Translations under genes and position numbers: made by a program
The notes under the pieces: model-generated
Told to the model about the DNA's origin: nothing
Databases searched by the model: none
What the model saw: the letters and a program-made list of their open reading frames with translations, nothing else
Shown: in pieces, positions 29,686 through 39,729 of the stretch
Layout of the letters: the number at the start of each line of letters is the position of its first letter
Numbering within the stretch: position 1 is the stretch's first letter
Source of the DNA: Candidatus Hydrogenedentota bacterium
GTDB taxonomy: Bacteria; Hydrogenedentota; Hydrogenedentia; Hydrogenedentales; SLHB01
Direction: 5' to 3'
Assembly: GCA_963745075.1 (NCBI GenBank)
Contig: CAVUWV010000018.1
Location: 64,001 to 128,000, forward strand
DNA length: 64,000 bases

Positions 29686-32600
29686 GTGCACAAAACCCTC
29701 CAACTGGCCATTGCGAATCCGGTCGCGGTAGTTCTGCTCGTAGCGATTGGCGTGTGGGGCGGTGTCTTTGCCCTGTTGCATCTGCCGGTGGGATTGTTTC
29801 CGGGATTGGACGTTCCGGTGGTGAACGTGATTTCCCATTACCCCGGGGCGGCGTCTGAGGAGATTGAATTACTTGTCACACGTCCTATCGAGGATCGCAT
29901 ACGGACCATCCCTGGAATTCAACGCGTATCTTCGGTGTCCAGCGAAGGGATATCGCGGATTACGGCGGAGTTTACTTGGGGAACCCGGCTGACCGACGCG
30001 CGCCAGCTCGTGCAGAGTGAAGTGTCGTCGGCGCAGGCGGGGCTACCCGGCGGGGTTGCGCCGCGTTTAGAGAATATCGGGACGACCCTGCAGGAAGTCG
30101 CCGGCTACGTGGTCTATGGGGGCGGCAGCCCGGTGGAACTGCGCACGACCGTGCAAATGGAACTGTCCAGCCGATTGATGAGTGTGGAAGGGGTAGCACG
30201 CGTGGAGGTCCTGGGCGGGGACGAGCCGGCGTTTGTGGTGCGGGTCCATCCCGAGTCCCTGGCACAAGACCACCTGACCCTTGGTGATATAAAGACGGCA
30301 CTCATCAACCACAATCAGGTCTCGGCAACGGGGTTCATTGACCGTGGCTCCCGCGAGTACACCATCCGCGGGGACAGCCGGCTGCAAACTGACACGGACA
30401 TCGAACGGGTACCAGTGGTTTCAGACGGTATTCGTTCCGTGTTCCTGCGAGACATCGCGACCGTTACGCCGGGCCGCGCTCCCCGGCACTATGAAGTTCA
30501 CGGCAACGGTGTGCCTGCCGTGTCGTTCATTGTTTTCAAACAGCCGACGGCCAGCACGCTCAGTGTGGTTCGGGGCGTGGATCGCGAACTGCCCGAACTC
30601 AAATCGTTGCTGCCGCCCGGCGCGCAGGTGCGGAAGTATTACGACCAAGCCGACATTGTGGGCGAGGCACGCAATTCGCTCGCACACGATCTGGTCATTG
30701 GCGCTGTTCTCGCTGCCGTGGTGCTGCTGTTCTTTATGGGGTCGTTGCGCGCGACCTTAATCGTGGCTGCGACGGTACCCATTGCACTGTTGATCACGCT
30801 GGCGATGATGATGGCTTTCGGAGAGACGCTTAACGTGATCACCCTGTCGGCGCTGACCCTGGCGGTTGGCATGGTGGTTGACGACGCCATCGTGGTGACG
30901 GAGAACGTGGTACGCCATGTCCACTTGGGCGAAGATTGCCAAACCGCCAGCGTGTCGGGTGCGGCGGAAATTGCGGGTCCGGACATTTCCGGCACGCTCA
31001 CGACGGTGGCCGCATTTGCTCCCCTGCTCTTTCTCGGCGGGATTGCGGGGCTGTTTGTTCGGCCCTTCGGGCTGGTCGTTAGTGTCGCATTGTTGGCGTC
31101 GCTCGTCGCCTCCCTCACCTTCGTGCCCGTCGCGTTCGCCCACATCGGCACGACGGGCCAGCGACGCGGGCTCGGCGTCCGGCTGCTTGGTGGATGCGAC
31201 CAGGTACTTCAACGCATGTTGCAACTCGCTTTCGCGCACCGTGGGTTTATGATTCTGTTTGGAGTATTGGTGATCGGACTCGGTGGCTTGGCCGCCACGC
31301 TGGGGCCGGTGAACGTGCTACCGCCGATCGATGAAGGCGCGATTCTGGTGGAGTACACCATGCCGCCGGGCACGTCGTTGCCGGAGAGTAATCGCATCGG
31401 CGACATCGTTGAGCGGGAGGCGCTTGCGCAACCGGATATTGAAACGGTCCGCCGTCGCACCGGTTCCCCCGAGGGCGGCTTGCAGGTTGAAGGCGTCAAC
31501 ATGGGCGAAATGACGATGAAGCTGGTTCCCCGCGACCGGCGCCAACACACGGTCGTTGCGATCATGGACGCGCTTCGCGCCACGTACAGCAAAATCCCCG
31601 GCGCGGTGTTCTTGTACCATCAGCCCACGCAGGAGAAGATGGACGAAAGCCTCTCCGGTCTCCCGGCCATGTTCGGAGTCACGATCTTTGGGCCGGACAT
31701 GGGCCAACTGGTGGGCCTGGCCGCACAAGCGGAGAGGATCATGGCGGCGGATCCGGCCCTGGAAAACATCGTCAACAACACGAAGATCCCCGTTCCCCAG
31801 ATTGTCGTCCGGCCCGATCCCGTGGAACTGGCGCGGTGCGGTATTTCTCCTCAAGACGTATTCGAGACCGTTCAGGCGGGCCGTTTCGGCGTTCCGGCAA
31901 CAACCATCGTGCGCCAGCGGCAGGAGGTGCCCGTCTTGGTCACTATGGATGCGCCCGCCCATCCGACGTTGGACTGGGTCGGGGGGCTTACTGTTGCAAC
32001 GCCCTCGGGGCAGCAGGTTCCCATAAGCCGTGTGGCCGACATTCACGTGACGAAATTGCCGGCGGCGGTGACTCGCCTGAACGGACAGCGCGAGGTGACC
32101 ATCCTGGCGGAGGTGAAGGGCAGTATTCCGGCGACGGTGGACCGTCTTCGTCAGGAATTCTCGTCACTCGAACTCCCGACGGGCTATAGTCTCGCCTTTA
32201 CGGGGCAGTACCAAGTGATGAAACGCACGGTGACGGACTTTGTTCTGGTAGGCCTGGCGGCCGTGATGTTGATTTATCTGATCATGGCATTGCAGTTTCG
32301 GTCATGGTTGCAGCCATTGGTCGTGCTGGTGACCATCCCGGTTGCGTTGGTTGGTGCGATTGTATTGCTTGCCATTAGTCGTGTCGGACTCGACGTGTCG
32401 GTCGGAATGGGGGTCCTCACGCTGATTGGAATCGCGGTGAACAATGCGATCGTATTGGTCGACTACGCGAATCGCCAGACGGCCTCCGGCATGGGAATGG
32501 CCGACGCCATGCGATCGGCCGTTACCGTCCGGCTCCGCCCCATTCTGATGACGGCCGCAACGACCATCTTCGCCCTGCTTCCGGTCGCGGTGAATCCTTC

Positions 32601-32757
32601 GGTGGGATCGCGGATCTTTCAACCCTTCGCGATCACGGTCATCGGCGGGCTACTTTCGGCAACCGTTGCCACCTTGGTGCTGGTTCCTACGATTGCATTG
32701 TCGACAAGAGCGGCGCCCGCAAGATCGAAACCGACCACCGTACATAATATGGAATGA
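29686..32757 (+). CDS. RND efflux permease (AcrB/CusA/CzcA superfamily)
   Basis: GMVVDDAIVVTEN, GIAVNNAIV, RLRPILMT; 1023 aa. Confidence 0.93.
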   Translation: MHKTLQLAIANPVAVVLLVAIGVWGGVFALLHLPVGLFPGLDVPVVNVISHYPGAASEEIELLVTRPIEDRIRTIPGIQRVSSVSSEGISRITAEFTWGTRLTDARQLVQSEVSSAQAGLPGGVAPRLENIGTTLQEVAGYVVYGGGSPVELRTTVQMELSSRLMSVEGVARVEVLGGDEPAFVVRVHPESLAQDHLTLGDIKTALINHNQVSATGFIDRGSREYTIRGDSRLQTDTDIERVPVVSDGIRSVFLRDIATVTPGRAPRHYEVHGNGVPAVSFIVFKQPTASTLSVVRGVDRELPELKSLLPPGAQVRKYYDQADIVGEARNSLAHDLVIGAVLAAVVLLFFMGSLRATLIVAATVPIALLITLAMMMAFGETLNVITLSALTLAVGMVVDDAIVVTENVVRHVHLGEDCQTASVSGAAEIAGPDISGTLTTVAAFAPLLFLGGIAGLFVRPFGLVVSVALLASLVASLTFVPVAFAHIGTTGQRRGLGVRLLGGCDQVLQRMLQLAFAHRGFMILFGVLVIGLGGLAATLGPVNVLPPIDEGAILVEYTMPPGTSLPESNRIGDIVEREALAQPDIETVRRRTGSPEGGLQVEGVNMGEMTMKLVPRDRRQHTVVAIMDALRATYSKIPGAVFLYHQPTQEKMDESLSGLPAMFGVTIFGPDMGQLVGLAAQAERIMAADPALENIVNNTKIPVPQIVVRPDPVELARCGISPQDVFETVQAGRFGVPATTIVRQRQEVPVLVTMDAPAHPTLDWVGGLTVATPSGQQVPISRVADIHVTKLPAAVTRLNGQREVTILAEVKGSIPATVDRLRQEFSSLELPTGYSLAFTGQYQVMKRTVTDFVLVGLAAVMLIYLIMALQFRSWLQPLVVLVTIPVALVGAIVLLAISRVGLDVSVGMGVLTLIGIAVNNAIVLVDYANRQTASGMGMADAMRSAVTVRLRPILMTAATTIFALLPVAVNPSVGSRIFQPFAITVIGGLLSATVATLVLVPTIALSTRAAPARSKPTTVHNME

Positions 32758-32860
32758 AATCATTCTAAAACTGACTTGAAAAGGCGACTACGCTTGTAAC
32801 CGTTGGAGTGGAATCTAACGGAAACAAGCAGGGAATTGAGGGAAGGTCCAGCTTAGAACA

Positions 32861-33196
32861 ATGAAGATTCTGATTGGAATTGCCTTTGTGGTGGGATGTG
32901 CGGTCATTCTCATCTATGCGGCACCGGCGATCGTAGAGACTGTGAAGTGGTACCTGCGACGACGCGACCTCGTGAACAGGTACGGGATCCAGAATGGGCT
33001 TTCCCTCGAGGAGGCCAAAGCGCGCCTACCGGGTACCTGGGAAGAATGGGACTCGGAACTGACGGGCAGCGGCGAGGTTGTCCGGTACAGTTGCACGCTG
33101 GAAAACGGGCCGGTCCTGGCGTTCTGTTTTGTGAACGGACGGCTGTACAGTTGGCACACGGAGGTGGAGCCGTTCGAACCGGACCAGCAGGAGTAA
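32861..33196 (+). CDS. hypothetical single-pass membrane protein
   Basis: N-terminal hydrophobic helix; GLSLEEAK...F-x-NGRL resembles small SmpA/BLIP-like domains. Confidence 0.55.
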   Translation: MKILIGIAFVVGCAVILIYAAPAIVETVKWYLRRRDLVNRYGIQNGLSLEEAKARLPGTWEEWDSELTGSGEVVRYSCTLENGPVLAFCFVNGRLYSWHTEVEPFEPDQQE

Positions 33197-33203
33197 CCGC
33201 CTT

Positions 33204-34553
33204 CTACGGCTGCTTCACTTCCTCGGCGAAGGAGGCCATGCGGGCCGCCAGATCTGCCGCAATTCCCGGCTCGTCTTTGACGACGTTGTAGCGTTCCCCC
33301 CAGTCCCGGCCGAGGTGGTACAACTCGGGCTCGGCGTCGGCGTTCTCTTTCCGGTATTTCCAGGGACCTTTCCGTACGGCTTGCAGGTTGCTGCCGAGGA
33401 AGTAATAGAAGTACTCGTGTGGGACGGCGCGCTCCCCTTTCAGCAAGGGCATGATGTCGTATCCGTCCATTGTGCGATCCTTGGGCACCTCCCCCCCGGC
33501 CTCCGCCACGAGGGTAGGCAAGAAATCCATGGTGGATGCTACGTCGTGGGACTCGATCCCCGCGGGAATCACACCGGGCCAGCAGGCGATCATGGGGACC
33601 CGAAAACCGCCCTCGTAGGTGGTGCCCTTCGCGCCGCGCAGGGGGCCCGGCGAACCGGTGTGCCACCATTCGTTGCCGCCCTGGAGCATACGGTCGGGCA
33701 GATTGAGCCAGGGGCCGTTGTCGCTGGTGAAGAGGATCAGCGTGTTGTCTTCGAGGCCTTGCTTCTTCAAGGTCTCCCTGATACGACCCGTGCTCCAGTC
33801 AATGGTTTGGATGACGTCGCCGTACAGTTCGGCATCGGATTTGCCCTGGAACTGCTTCGACGTGTGAACCGGCAGATGGGGCATGCTGTGGGCCAAGTAC
33901 AAGAAGAAGGGCTTGTCGCCGGACTCTTTGATGAACCGCACGGCCTCGTCCGTGTAGCGCTCGGTCAGGGTGTCCTGATCCACCGGGCTTTCGATGGGTT
34001 CGGTGTTGCGGTAGAGTTGCAGCGGCACGTCGGTCTGAACCCACGGCTTCCGCATGTCGTTACTGTAGGGCAGGCCGTACCATTCGTCGAAACCCCGGCC
34101 CGTGGGAAACAGATCCGGACGCTGATGGCCGAGATGCCATTTTCCGATGGCCATGGTCCGGTAGCCCTCGGGTTTCAGGGCTTGGGCGAGCGTGATTTCC
34201 GACTCGGGCAGGTGCTTGTCACTACCGGGTCCGGTATTGCCGGGCATCCCGCAGCGCACGGGATAGCGTCCGGTCAGGAGAGCCGCGCGCGAGGGTGAGC
34301 AGACCGCGGCGCCCACGTAGAAGGAGGTCATACGCATGCCATCTCGGGCCATCTGGTCCAGGTGTGGCGTGCGAATCATGGGATTGCCGAAACACCCGAG
34401 ATCGCCGTAGCCCATGTCGTCGGCGAAAATGATGATGAAATTGGGGCGCTTCTTCGATCCCAACGCGGCCTGCGCCGAGAATCCCGCCGCGCAGGCGCCG
34501 ACGCCCGCTGCGGCCATGCCGAGAAATCTCCTGCGGTTCAACGTAGGCACCAC
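33204..34553 (-). CDS. arylsulfatase with Tat signal peptide
   Basis: NRRRFL Tat motif, ADDMGYGD, CSPSRAALLTGR (CxPxR), GKWHLG, SDNG; RBS AGGAGG. Confidence 0.93.
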   Translation of the reverse strand: MVPTLNRRRFLGMAAAGVGACAAGFSAQAALGSKKRPNFIIIFADDMGYGDLGCFGNPMIRTPHLDQMARDGMRMTSFYVGAAVCSPSRAALLTGRYPVRCGMPGNTGPGSDKHLPESEITLAQALKPEGYRTMAIGKWHLGHQRPDLFPTGRGFDEWYGLPYSNDMRKPWVQTDVPLQLYRNTEPIESPVDQDTLTERYTDEAVRFIKESGDKPFFLYLAHSMPHLPVHTSKQFQGKSDAELYGDVIQTIDWSTGRIRETLKKQGLEDNTLILFTSDNGPWLNLPDRMLQGGNEWWHTGSPGPLRGAKGTTYEGGFRVPMIACWPGVIPAGIESHDVASTMDFLPTLVAEAGGEVPKDRTMDGYDIMPLLKGERAVPHEYFYYFLGSNLQAVRKGPWKYRKENADAEPELYHLGRDWGERYNVVKDEPGIAADLAARMASFAEEVKQP

Positions 34554-34633
34554 GATACTCCCTCCTGATTGCATCCGCCGTACATCGTAACAAACCCGGT
34601 CGCCCATTGATACGTGGAGCGCTTGAGTGCGTC

Positions 34634-35803
34634 TAGTGTATTGATTCATAATTAAGGCAACTTTTTAGTCTTGAAAGGTATTCATCTTGTAGTGGAGGAT
34701 GAATGCCATGAGACATGCTTGTGAAATCGTGCTGGATACGCAGGAGCAATTGACGCTGGAGAAATGGTCGAAAGGTCGCATGACGCCCGTGCGGGTAGTG
34801 TTGCGTGCAAAGATCGTGCTGCTGGCCGCCACGGGGATGGAGAACAAGGACATTGCCGTGGAGCTTGGCATTGGCCGCGATACGGTGGGTCAGTGGCGGC
34901 GCCGCTTTTTGGAGCGTCGTTTGGCGGGGCTCGTTAAGGATGCGCCCCGCGGCGGCCGCAAGCCCACGCGCCGGGAAGCGGTGGCGGGGCTGATCGTGGA
35001 GCGCACGACGCAGACCAAGCCCGCAAACGCGACGCATTGGAGCACCCGGACGCTGGCCAAGGAATTGGGGGTAAGCCCTTCGATGGTCCAGCGGGTCTGG
35101 CTGGCCAACGGCTTGAAGCCTCACCGCGTCAAGACGTTCAAGGTCAGCAACGACAAACAATTCGTCGAGAAAATGCAGGACATTGTCGGGCTGTATCTTA
35201 ACCCCCCCGAGCACGCGCTGGTGTTGTGCGCGATGAGAAGAGCCAGATTCAGGCGCTGGACCGGACTCAACCGGGACTGCCCATCAAGAAGGGCCGTTGC
35301 GGCACGATGACGCATGATTACAAACGCAACGGCACGACCACGTTGTTCGCGGCACTGGAATTGGCGGAGGGACGATTGATCGGCACGTGCATGCAACGCC
35401 ATCGGCATCAGGAATGGATCAAGTTTCTCAAGCAGATCGACTCCGAAACGCCGCCGGGCTGGACTTGCATCTGATCGTTGACAACTACGCTACCCATAAA
35501 CACCCGAAGGTTAAGGCATGGCTCAAACGGCATCCCCGCTTCCACATCCACTTCACGCCGACGAGCAGTTCGTGGCTGAACCTGGTGGAGCGTTGGTTTC
35601 GCGAGATCACCGACAAGCGGATACGGCGCGGCGTCTTCAAATCCGTCAAGGAACTTGTCGCCGCAATCATGGACTATATCCAGCACCACAATGCAGAACC
35701 CACAACCTTCACCTGGACTGCCAAAGCCGAAGACATCCTCGCCAAAGTCGCCCGCGCCAGGACACGGCTCGATAAGTTGGCAACAGCGTGAATCAATACA
35801 CTA
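34634..35803 (+). mobile_element. IS630-family insertion sequence
   Basis: Perfect 16-bp inverted repeat CTAGTGTATTGATTCA (34633-34648) / TGAATCAATACACTAG (35789-35804), including TA duplication in a CTAG site. Confidence 0.92.
34708..35791 (+). CDS. IS630 transposase, frameshifts near 35230 and 35455
   Basis: HTH N-terminus (THWSTRTLA), [45 protein letters not shown]. Confidence 0.9.
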
Positions 35804-36029
35804 GCACGATGGATCCCCGCGTTTGAGAGAATAACGGTGGGGGGATTGTGGCGGTTTGGATCACGGGAAGACGTTCGATTGGCAGTATTTGTCTTCTTCT
35901 TTGTGTTTTTCGCACCTTCGTGGTTCACACCTATTGAACGTCTGCACCGTAGTAAAGAAAGAGGTTTCAGGACAAGCACTTGAGACTGGTGGGCGGGAGA
36001 AGACTCTCCCCTTTTGCGTCAAATGTGGC

Positions 36030-36058
36030 TTGCCGAAAATCGGTATTTGGAATACACT
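36030..36058 (+). promoter_or_regulatory. sigma70 promoter of 40-aa ORF
   Basis: TTGCCG-N17-TACACT. Confidence 0.5.
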
Positions 36059-36120
36059 TTTAAGTGGGTAGTGGGATGACAAAGTGGGCGGTGCCACTGG
36101 CACCGGAAAGGAGAGGAACT

Positions 36121-36243
36121 ATGGCGGTCGATGCAAGGGATTATGCTGTGTGGCGGGACAATCTGGGTCAGCTTCTGCTGGCCATCTTCCAGATTCTAAT
36201 TGGGCTCTTATTGCCTGCCATTCAATCGGCACGGAGGCGGTGA
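36121..36243 (+). CDS. 40-aa small membrane protein MAVDARDYAVWRDNLGQLLLAIFQILIGLLLPAIQSARRR
   Basis: Hand-translated; strong RBS AAAGGAGAGG; promoter upstream; one TM helix with basic C-terminus. Confidence 0.65.
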   Translation: MAVDARDYAVWRDNLGQLLLAIFQILIGLLLPAIQSARRR

Positions 36244-36368
36244 GCCGAGGATGATTCAGCCGCGTTTGCAGGGACCTTAGCCTACTCCGGGTGGAACTTA
36301 CACGGATACAGACGGTTATAGACGGACTTTCGTGGAGTGGGCTTGGGGGGATCGCCGCGAGAACCCGT

Positions 36369-37058
36369 TCAGAGCAGCGAATCCAAGTAGGCGGGGACCG
36401 GGCTCTCAAAGTGGACCGGTTCTCCGCTGAAGGGGTGGCGGAATGATATCGAGCGTGCATGAAGGGCAATGCGTTTGTGGGCCTTGTCCTTCTCGCCGTA
36501 CTTTCGGTCGCCGACAATCGGGTGCCCGATGTCGGCGAGGTGTACGCGGATTTGATTCTTCCGTCCGGTTAGCAGGGTGATCTCGAGCAGACTGAACGCG
36601 GCGGTTTCCTTCAGGACTTGATACTGGGTGTGGGAGAGCTTGCCCTTCTTCGGATTCTTGGTTGAATACACGACCAGGGCGCTATTCTCGGCGAGATAGG
36701 ACGTGATCGTCCCGGAGGGTTTTGCGAGGCAGCCATGCACGACGGCACGATATTTCTTCTCGACCTGGTCCCATTGTCCTTGTAAGCGTTCCTTCGCCTC
36801 GGGAGTCTTTGCGAACACGAGGATTCCCGATACTTCCCGGTCCAGGCGGTGCACGATGAAGATGCGCTTCCGGGACTTTGCATTGCCCTTGCGGACATAG
36901 TTCGTCAGCCGGTAGTACGCCGTCTTGGTCCGTTCCTTGTCGGTCCCCATGGTCAGGAGGCCAGGCGCCTTGTCCACGACGAGGATGTCGCGGTCTTCAT
37001 GCAGCAGCGTAAGCCCTTGCAGCCGGCGAGCGTGCCTGGAGGATTTCGTGTCGGTCAT
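36369..37058 (-). CDS. RluA-family RNA pseudouridine synthase
   Basis: VVDKAPGLL, VHRLDREVSG, TGRKNQIRVH, GHPIVGDRKY, LHA. Confidence 0.93.
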   Translation of the reverse strand: MTDTKSSRHARRLQGLTLLHEDRDILVVDKAPGLLTMGTDKERTKTAYYRLTNYVRKGNAKSRKRIFIVHRLDREVSGILVFAKTPEAKERLQGQWDQVEKKYRAVVHGCLAKPSGTITSYLAENSALVVYSTKNPKKGKLSHTQYQVLKETAAFSLLEITLLTGRKNQIRVHLADIGHPIVGDRKYGEKDKAHKRIALHARSISFRHPFSGEPVHFESPVPAYLDSLL

Positions 37059-37189
37059 CGTTGCCTTTCGTGCGCGCGGCATCGACTATGAAATGCGGCA
37101 CGCGGCGGTATATCCGCAACCAACTCTATACCTTTCGGCCACGATTGGAAAGCACTGCCCCGGCGGAGAAGGACGAACCGGCAACGCTA

Positions 37190-38107
37190 TCAGCGTTTGA
37201 TGGCGTGGACGGTGATGGCGCTTGCGAAGGGGTAGATGTACCGGCCACCGGTGAGGTGATACAGCACGAGGCCTGGGATCTTGATCATCCAAATGAGGGC
37301 GGCGCTCAGCGGTGTCGGCGCGGAGTATGGGCGGGCGATTTCGGTATGGATATTCTCGAACCCAGCGCGGCGCAAGTATTCGGGAAGCGTCTTGGGCGAG
37401 AAGTCAAAGAGGTGCCGGGGCGCTTCGAAGTAGATGGGCAACCATGGCAGCCAGCGCTTGAGGCGGATGTATGGGCCGACGTAGGGCACTTGGATGAGCA
37501 ATAGTCCGCCGGGCGCGAGCCAGCTTGCCATACGCTGGATTGCCGCAGCCGGGTCTTTGACGTGTTCGAGGACGGCGATGAGGACGACACAGTCCTGGCT
37601 TTCCGGGCGAAACTCCGCATCTTCGAGGCTGCCTTGATGGAATTCGACGTTGGGGCAGTGCTCGCGCGCGTAGTCGAGGGCGTTTCCGCTCATCTCAACG
37701 GCGGTCACCTTCCACGGTTGATCGGCGATGGCGCGGAGTAAGGCCCCGTAACCGCAGCCGATCTCGAGGAGACGCCCGCCTTGCGGTTTCCGGCGTTTGA
37801 TGATGCGGCTGAGGTGTTTCTCGATGTATCCGAGCGACCGCATTTCGACCGCTTCGTCGGAGTCGTCGGTATACATGCCTTCGTAGAACCTGGGCAGTTC
37901 GGCAGCGGTTGGTTGCGGCGACACGTAGATAAGCCCGCACTGAAGGCACTGGCGAATGTGAAACCCGAGCTCGGTCCCAAGTTCGTCGTACTGGTTGCTT
38001 CGGCACAGATTGCAGTCGACCTCTTCCACTTCCCCACTCTCGAATGCATGGGAGAAGGTCGTGAAGAACGATCGTTTGACTTCCATGGCGTCGCCGGCCT
38101 TCGGCAT
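37190..38107 (-). CDS. class I SAM methyltransferase with N-terminal Cys4 Zn site
   Basis: CNLC...CLQCG; LLEIGCGYG; VLEHVKDP; PRHLFDFS. Confidence 0.88.
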   Translation of the reverse strand: MPKAGDAMEVKRSFFTTFSHAFESGEVEEVDCNLCRSNQYDELGTELGFHIRQCLQCGLIYVSPQPTAAELPRFYEGMYTDDSDEAVEMRSLGYIEKHLSRIIKRRKPQGGRLLEIGCGYGALLRAIADQPWKVTAVEMSGNALDYAREHCPNVEFHQGSLEDAEFRPESQDCVVLIAVLEHVKDPAAAIQRMASWLAPGGLLLIQVPYVGPYIRLKRWLPWLPIYFEAPRHLFDFSPKTLPEYLRRAGFENIHTEIARPYSAPTPLSAALIWMIKIPGLVLYHLTGGRYIYPFASAITVHAIKR

Positions 38108-38248
38108 AGCAGCGTGAATCCCCGGTGGTGGACGTTGATGAAACAGAGATGGACGGGGTCATCCCGAACTCCGCGGGTAATGGTAACTTACGTGTGGTTT
38201 AGAACGCAAACCACGTGCGCGGGAACGCGCACGAAATCTCGACGTACA

Positions 38249-38278
38249 TTGACATATTCCCGAACAGACAGATATCAT
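38249..38278 (+). promoter_or_regulatory. sigma70 promoter of radical SAM gene
   Basis: TTGACA-N18-TATCAT. Confidence 0.5.
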
Positions 38279-38483
38279 GGATCGTTGCTGTTATGGTGAC
38301 TGCGACAGGATTCCTCGCCGGCGTGGGAGCGCGCCCTTCCGCTTCGAGTTGGGCGGTGCTATCGGTTCGCCGCGCAGGCGACGGCGAGTGAACTCCCTGA
38401 TAGACGCGCCGTTACGATCGGAAGCACCGAACGATTCGGCGCCGGAGACGGAGAATGAACGTGGGATTCGGAAAGGACTTGCG

Positions 38484-39611
38484 ATGCGGTCACGGTTAAG
38501 CAGGGGCTTCCGGATCGCCGTGTGCGCGCTGAAGATTAACCGCCCGGTGAACGTGATTTTCCACGCGACGATGCGGTGCAACGCGCGCTGCAAAATGTGC
38601 CTGGTGTGGAAGAAAGTTTGGGGACCGGAAAGTCACGATCGCGCCATGATGACGGCCAGCCAGATCGAGAAGATGACCCGATCGATCGGGTGGCTGTTGC
38701 GGGCGGAGATCGTGGGCGGCGAGCCGTTCATTCGGAAAGATATCGACGACGTCCTGTTTGCGTTTGCGAAGAATTGTCGGCCGCTGGTCATGACCATCAC
38801 CACGAACGGGAGTCTTCCACAAAAAACCGCCGCCACGGTGACGAAGCTGCTGGAGGCGTATCCCGATCAAGTGCTTCGGTTGAATGTTTCGGTAGACGGA
38901 TTCGGCACGCAGCACGACGAGATTCGTAAAATACCGGGACTGTATGAGAAGTGCAAGGAGACCGTCATACGGTTGCGCGAGATCCAGGCGAAATATCCAC
39001 AGGTCACCGTGAATGTGATGACGGTGGTCTCGCATTACAACGGCGAGGGGATCGCGGAAACCGTCGAGAACATCGAGCGGGATCTCAAACCGGATTATCA
39101 TTCGTTGATGCTAGCCTTTGGGGATACGCCGGAAGCGGAAGGCCGCGATTTTCCGGTCGAGGAGTACGCGCGCGTTTTCATGGAAGCCAAGGCGCGGAAA
39201 CGGCCTGCGAAGAATCTTCCGCTGGCGGCGGTAAGCAAGGTTTTGGATACGTTTCAGGCGAAGTTGATGGAGGAGACAAAGGCACAGCGGCGTCAGGTCG
39301 TGCCGTGCGTGTCGGGATCGCGGCTCCTGATTATCGATGATGACGGCGTTGTGAAACCGTGCCTGGAGCTTCAGAACAGCGACATGCAGAAAGAAGGGCT
39401 GCCCAGCGTAAACATGGCGAACATTCGGGACTTTGATTTCTCGGTGCGCCGCGCGATGAAAGACCCCCATGCCCGGGCCGTGACGAAGTTCGTCAAGGAC
39501 GGGAAATGCCACTGTACGTCGGAATGCTATATGATTCCGAGTATCCTGCTCAGCCGCCGGTTCCTTCCCAAAGTCGCGTGGGCGACATTGAAACACCTGG
39601 TCTCGCACTAG
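38484..39611 (+). CDS. radical SAM protein with SPASM/twitch-like C-terminal domain
   Basis: CNARCKMC, GGEPF, TTNGS, SVDG; PCVSG...DGVVKPC...CHCTSEC. Confidence 0.9.
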   Translation: MRSRLSRGFRIAVCALKINRPVNVIFHATMRCNARCKMCLVWKKVWGPESHDRAMMTASQIEKMTRSIGWLLRAEIVGGEPFIRKDIDDVLFAFAKNCRPLVMTITTNGSLPQKTAATVTKLLEAYPDQVLRLNVSVDGFGTQHDEIRKIPGLYEKCKETVIRLREIQAKYPQVTVNVMTVVSHYNGEGIAETVENIERDLKPDYHSLMLAFGDTPEAEGRDFPVEEYARVFMEAKARKRPAKNLPLAAVSKVLDTFQAKLMEETKAQRRQVVPCVSGSRLLIIDDDGVVKPCLELQNSDMQKEGLPSVNMANIRDFDFSVRRAMKDPHARAVTKFVKDGKCHCTSECYMIPSILLSRRFLPKVAWATLKHLVSH

Positions 39612-39729
39612 TCCCGTTTGCAGCGGTCCCGAGATTGCCGGCACTTCAGCGGATTCCCCAGAAGATTCACCCACCACCAAGACGACGCACCGTCCCTCCC
39701 GTGCAATCATTCGCAGAGCACAAAGAAAG

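Noticed and set aside
35220..35465. Programmed frameshifting in the IS630 transposase
   Set aside because: No slippery A-run; both shifts look like one-base deletions in conserved motifs, as seen across the window
36119..36517. 132-aa minus-strand ORF
   Set aside because: Overlaps the RluA gene and is antisense to the better-supported 40-aa ORF; no RBS or motif
38280..38483. Known riboswitch in the radical SAM leader
   Set aside because: No recognisable SAM, cobalamin, TPP or c-di-GMP consensus
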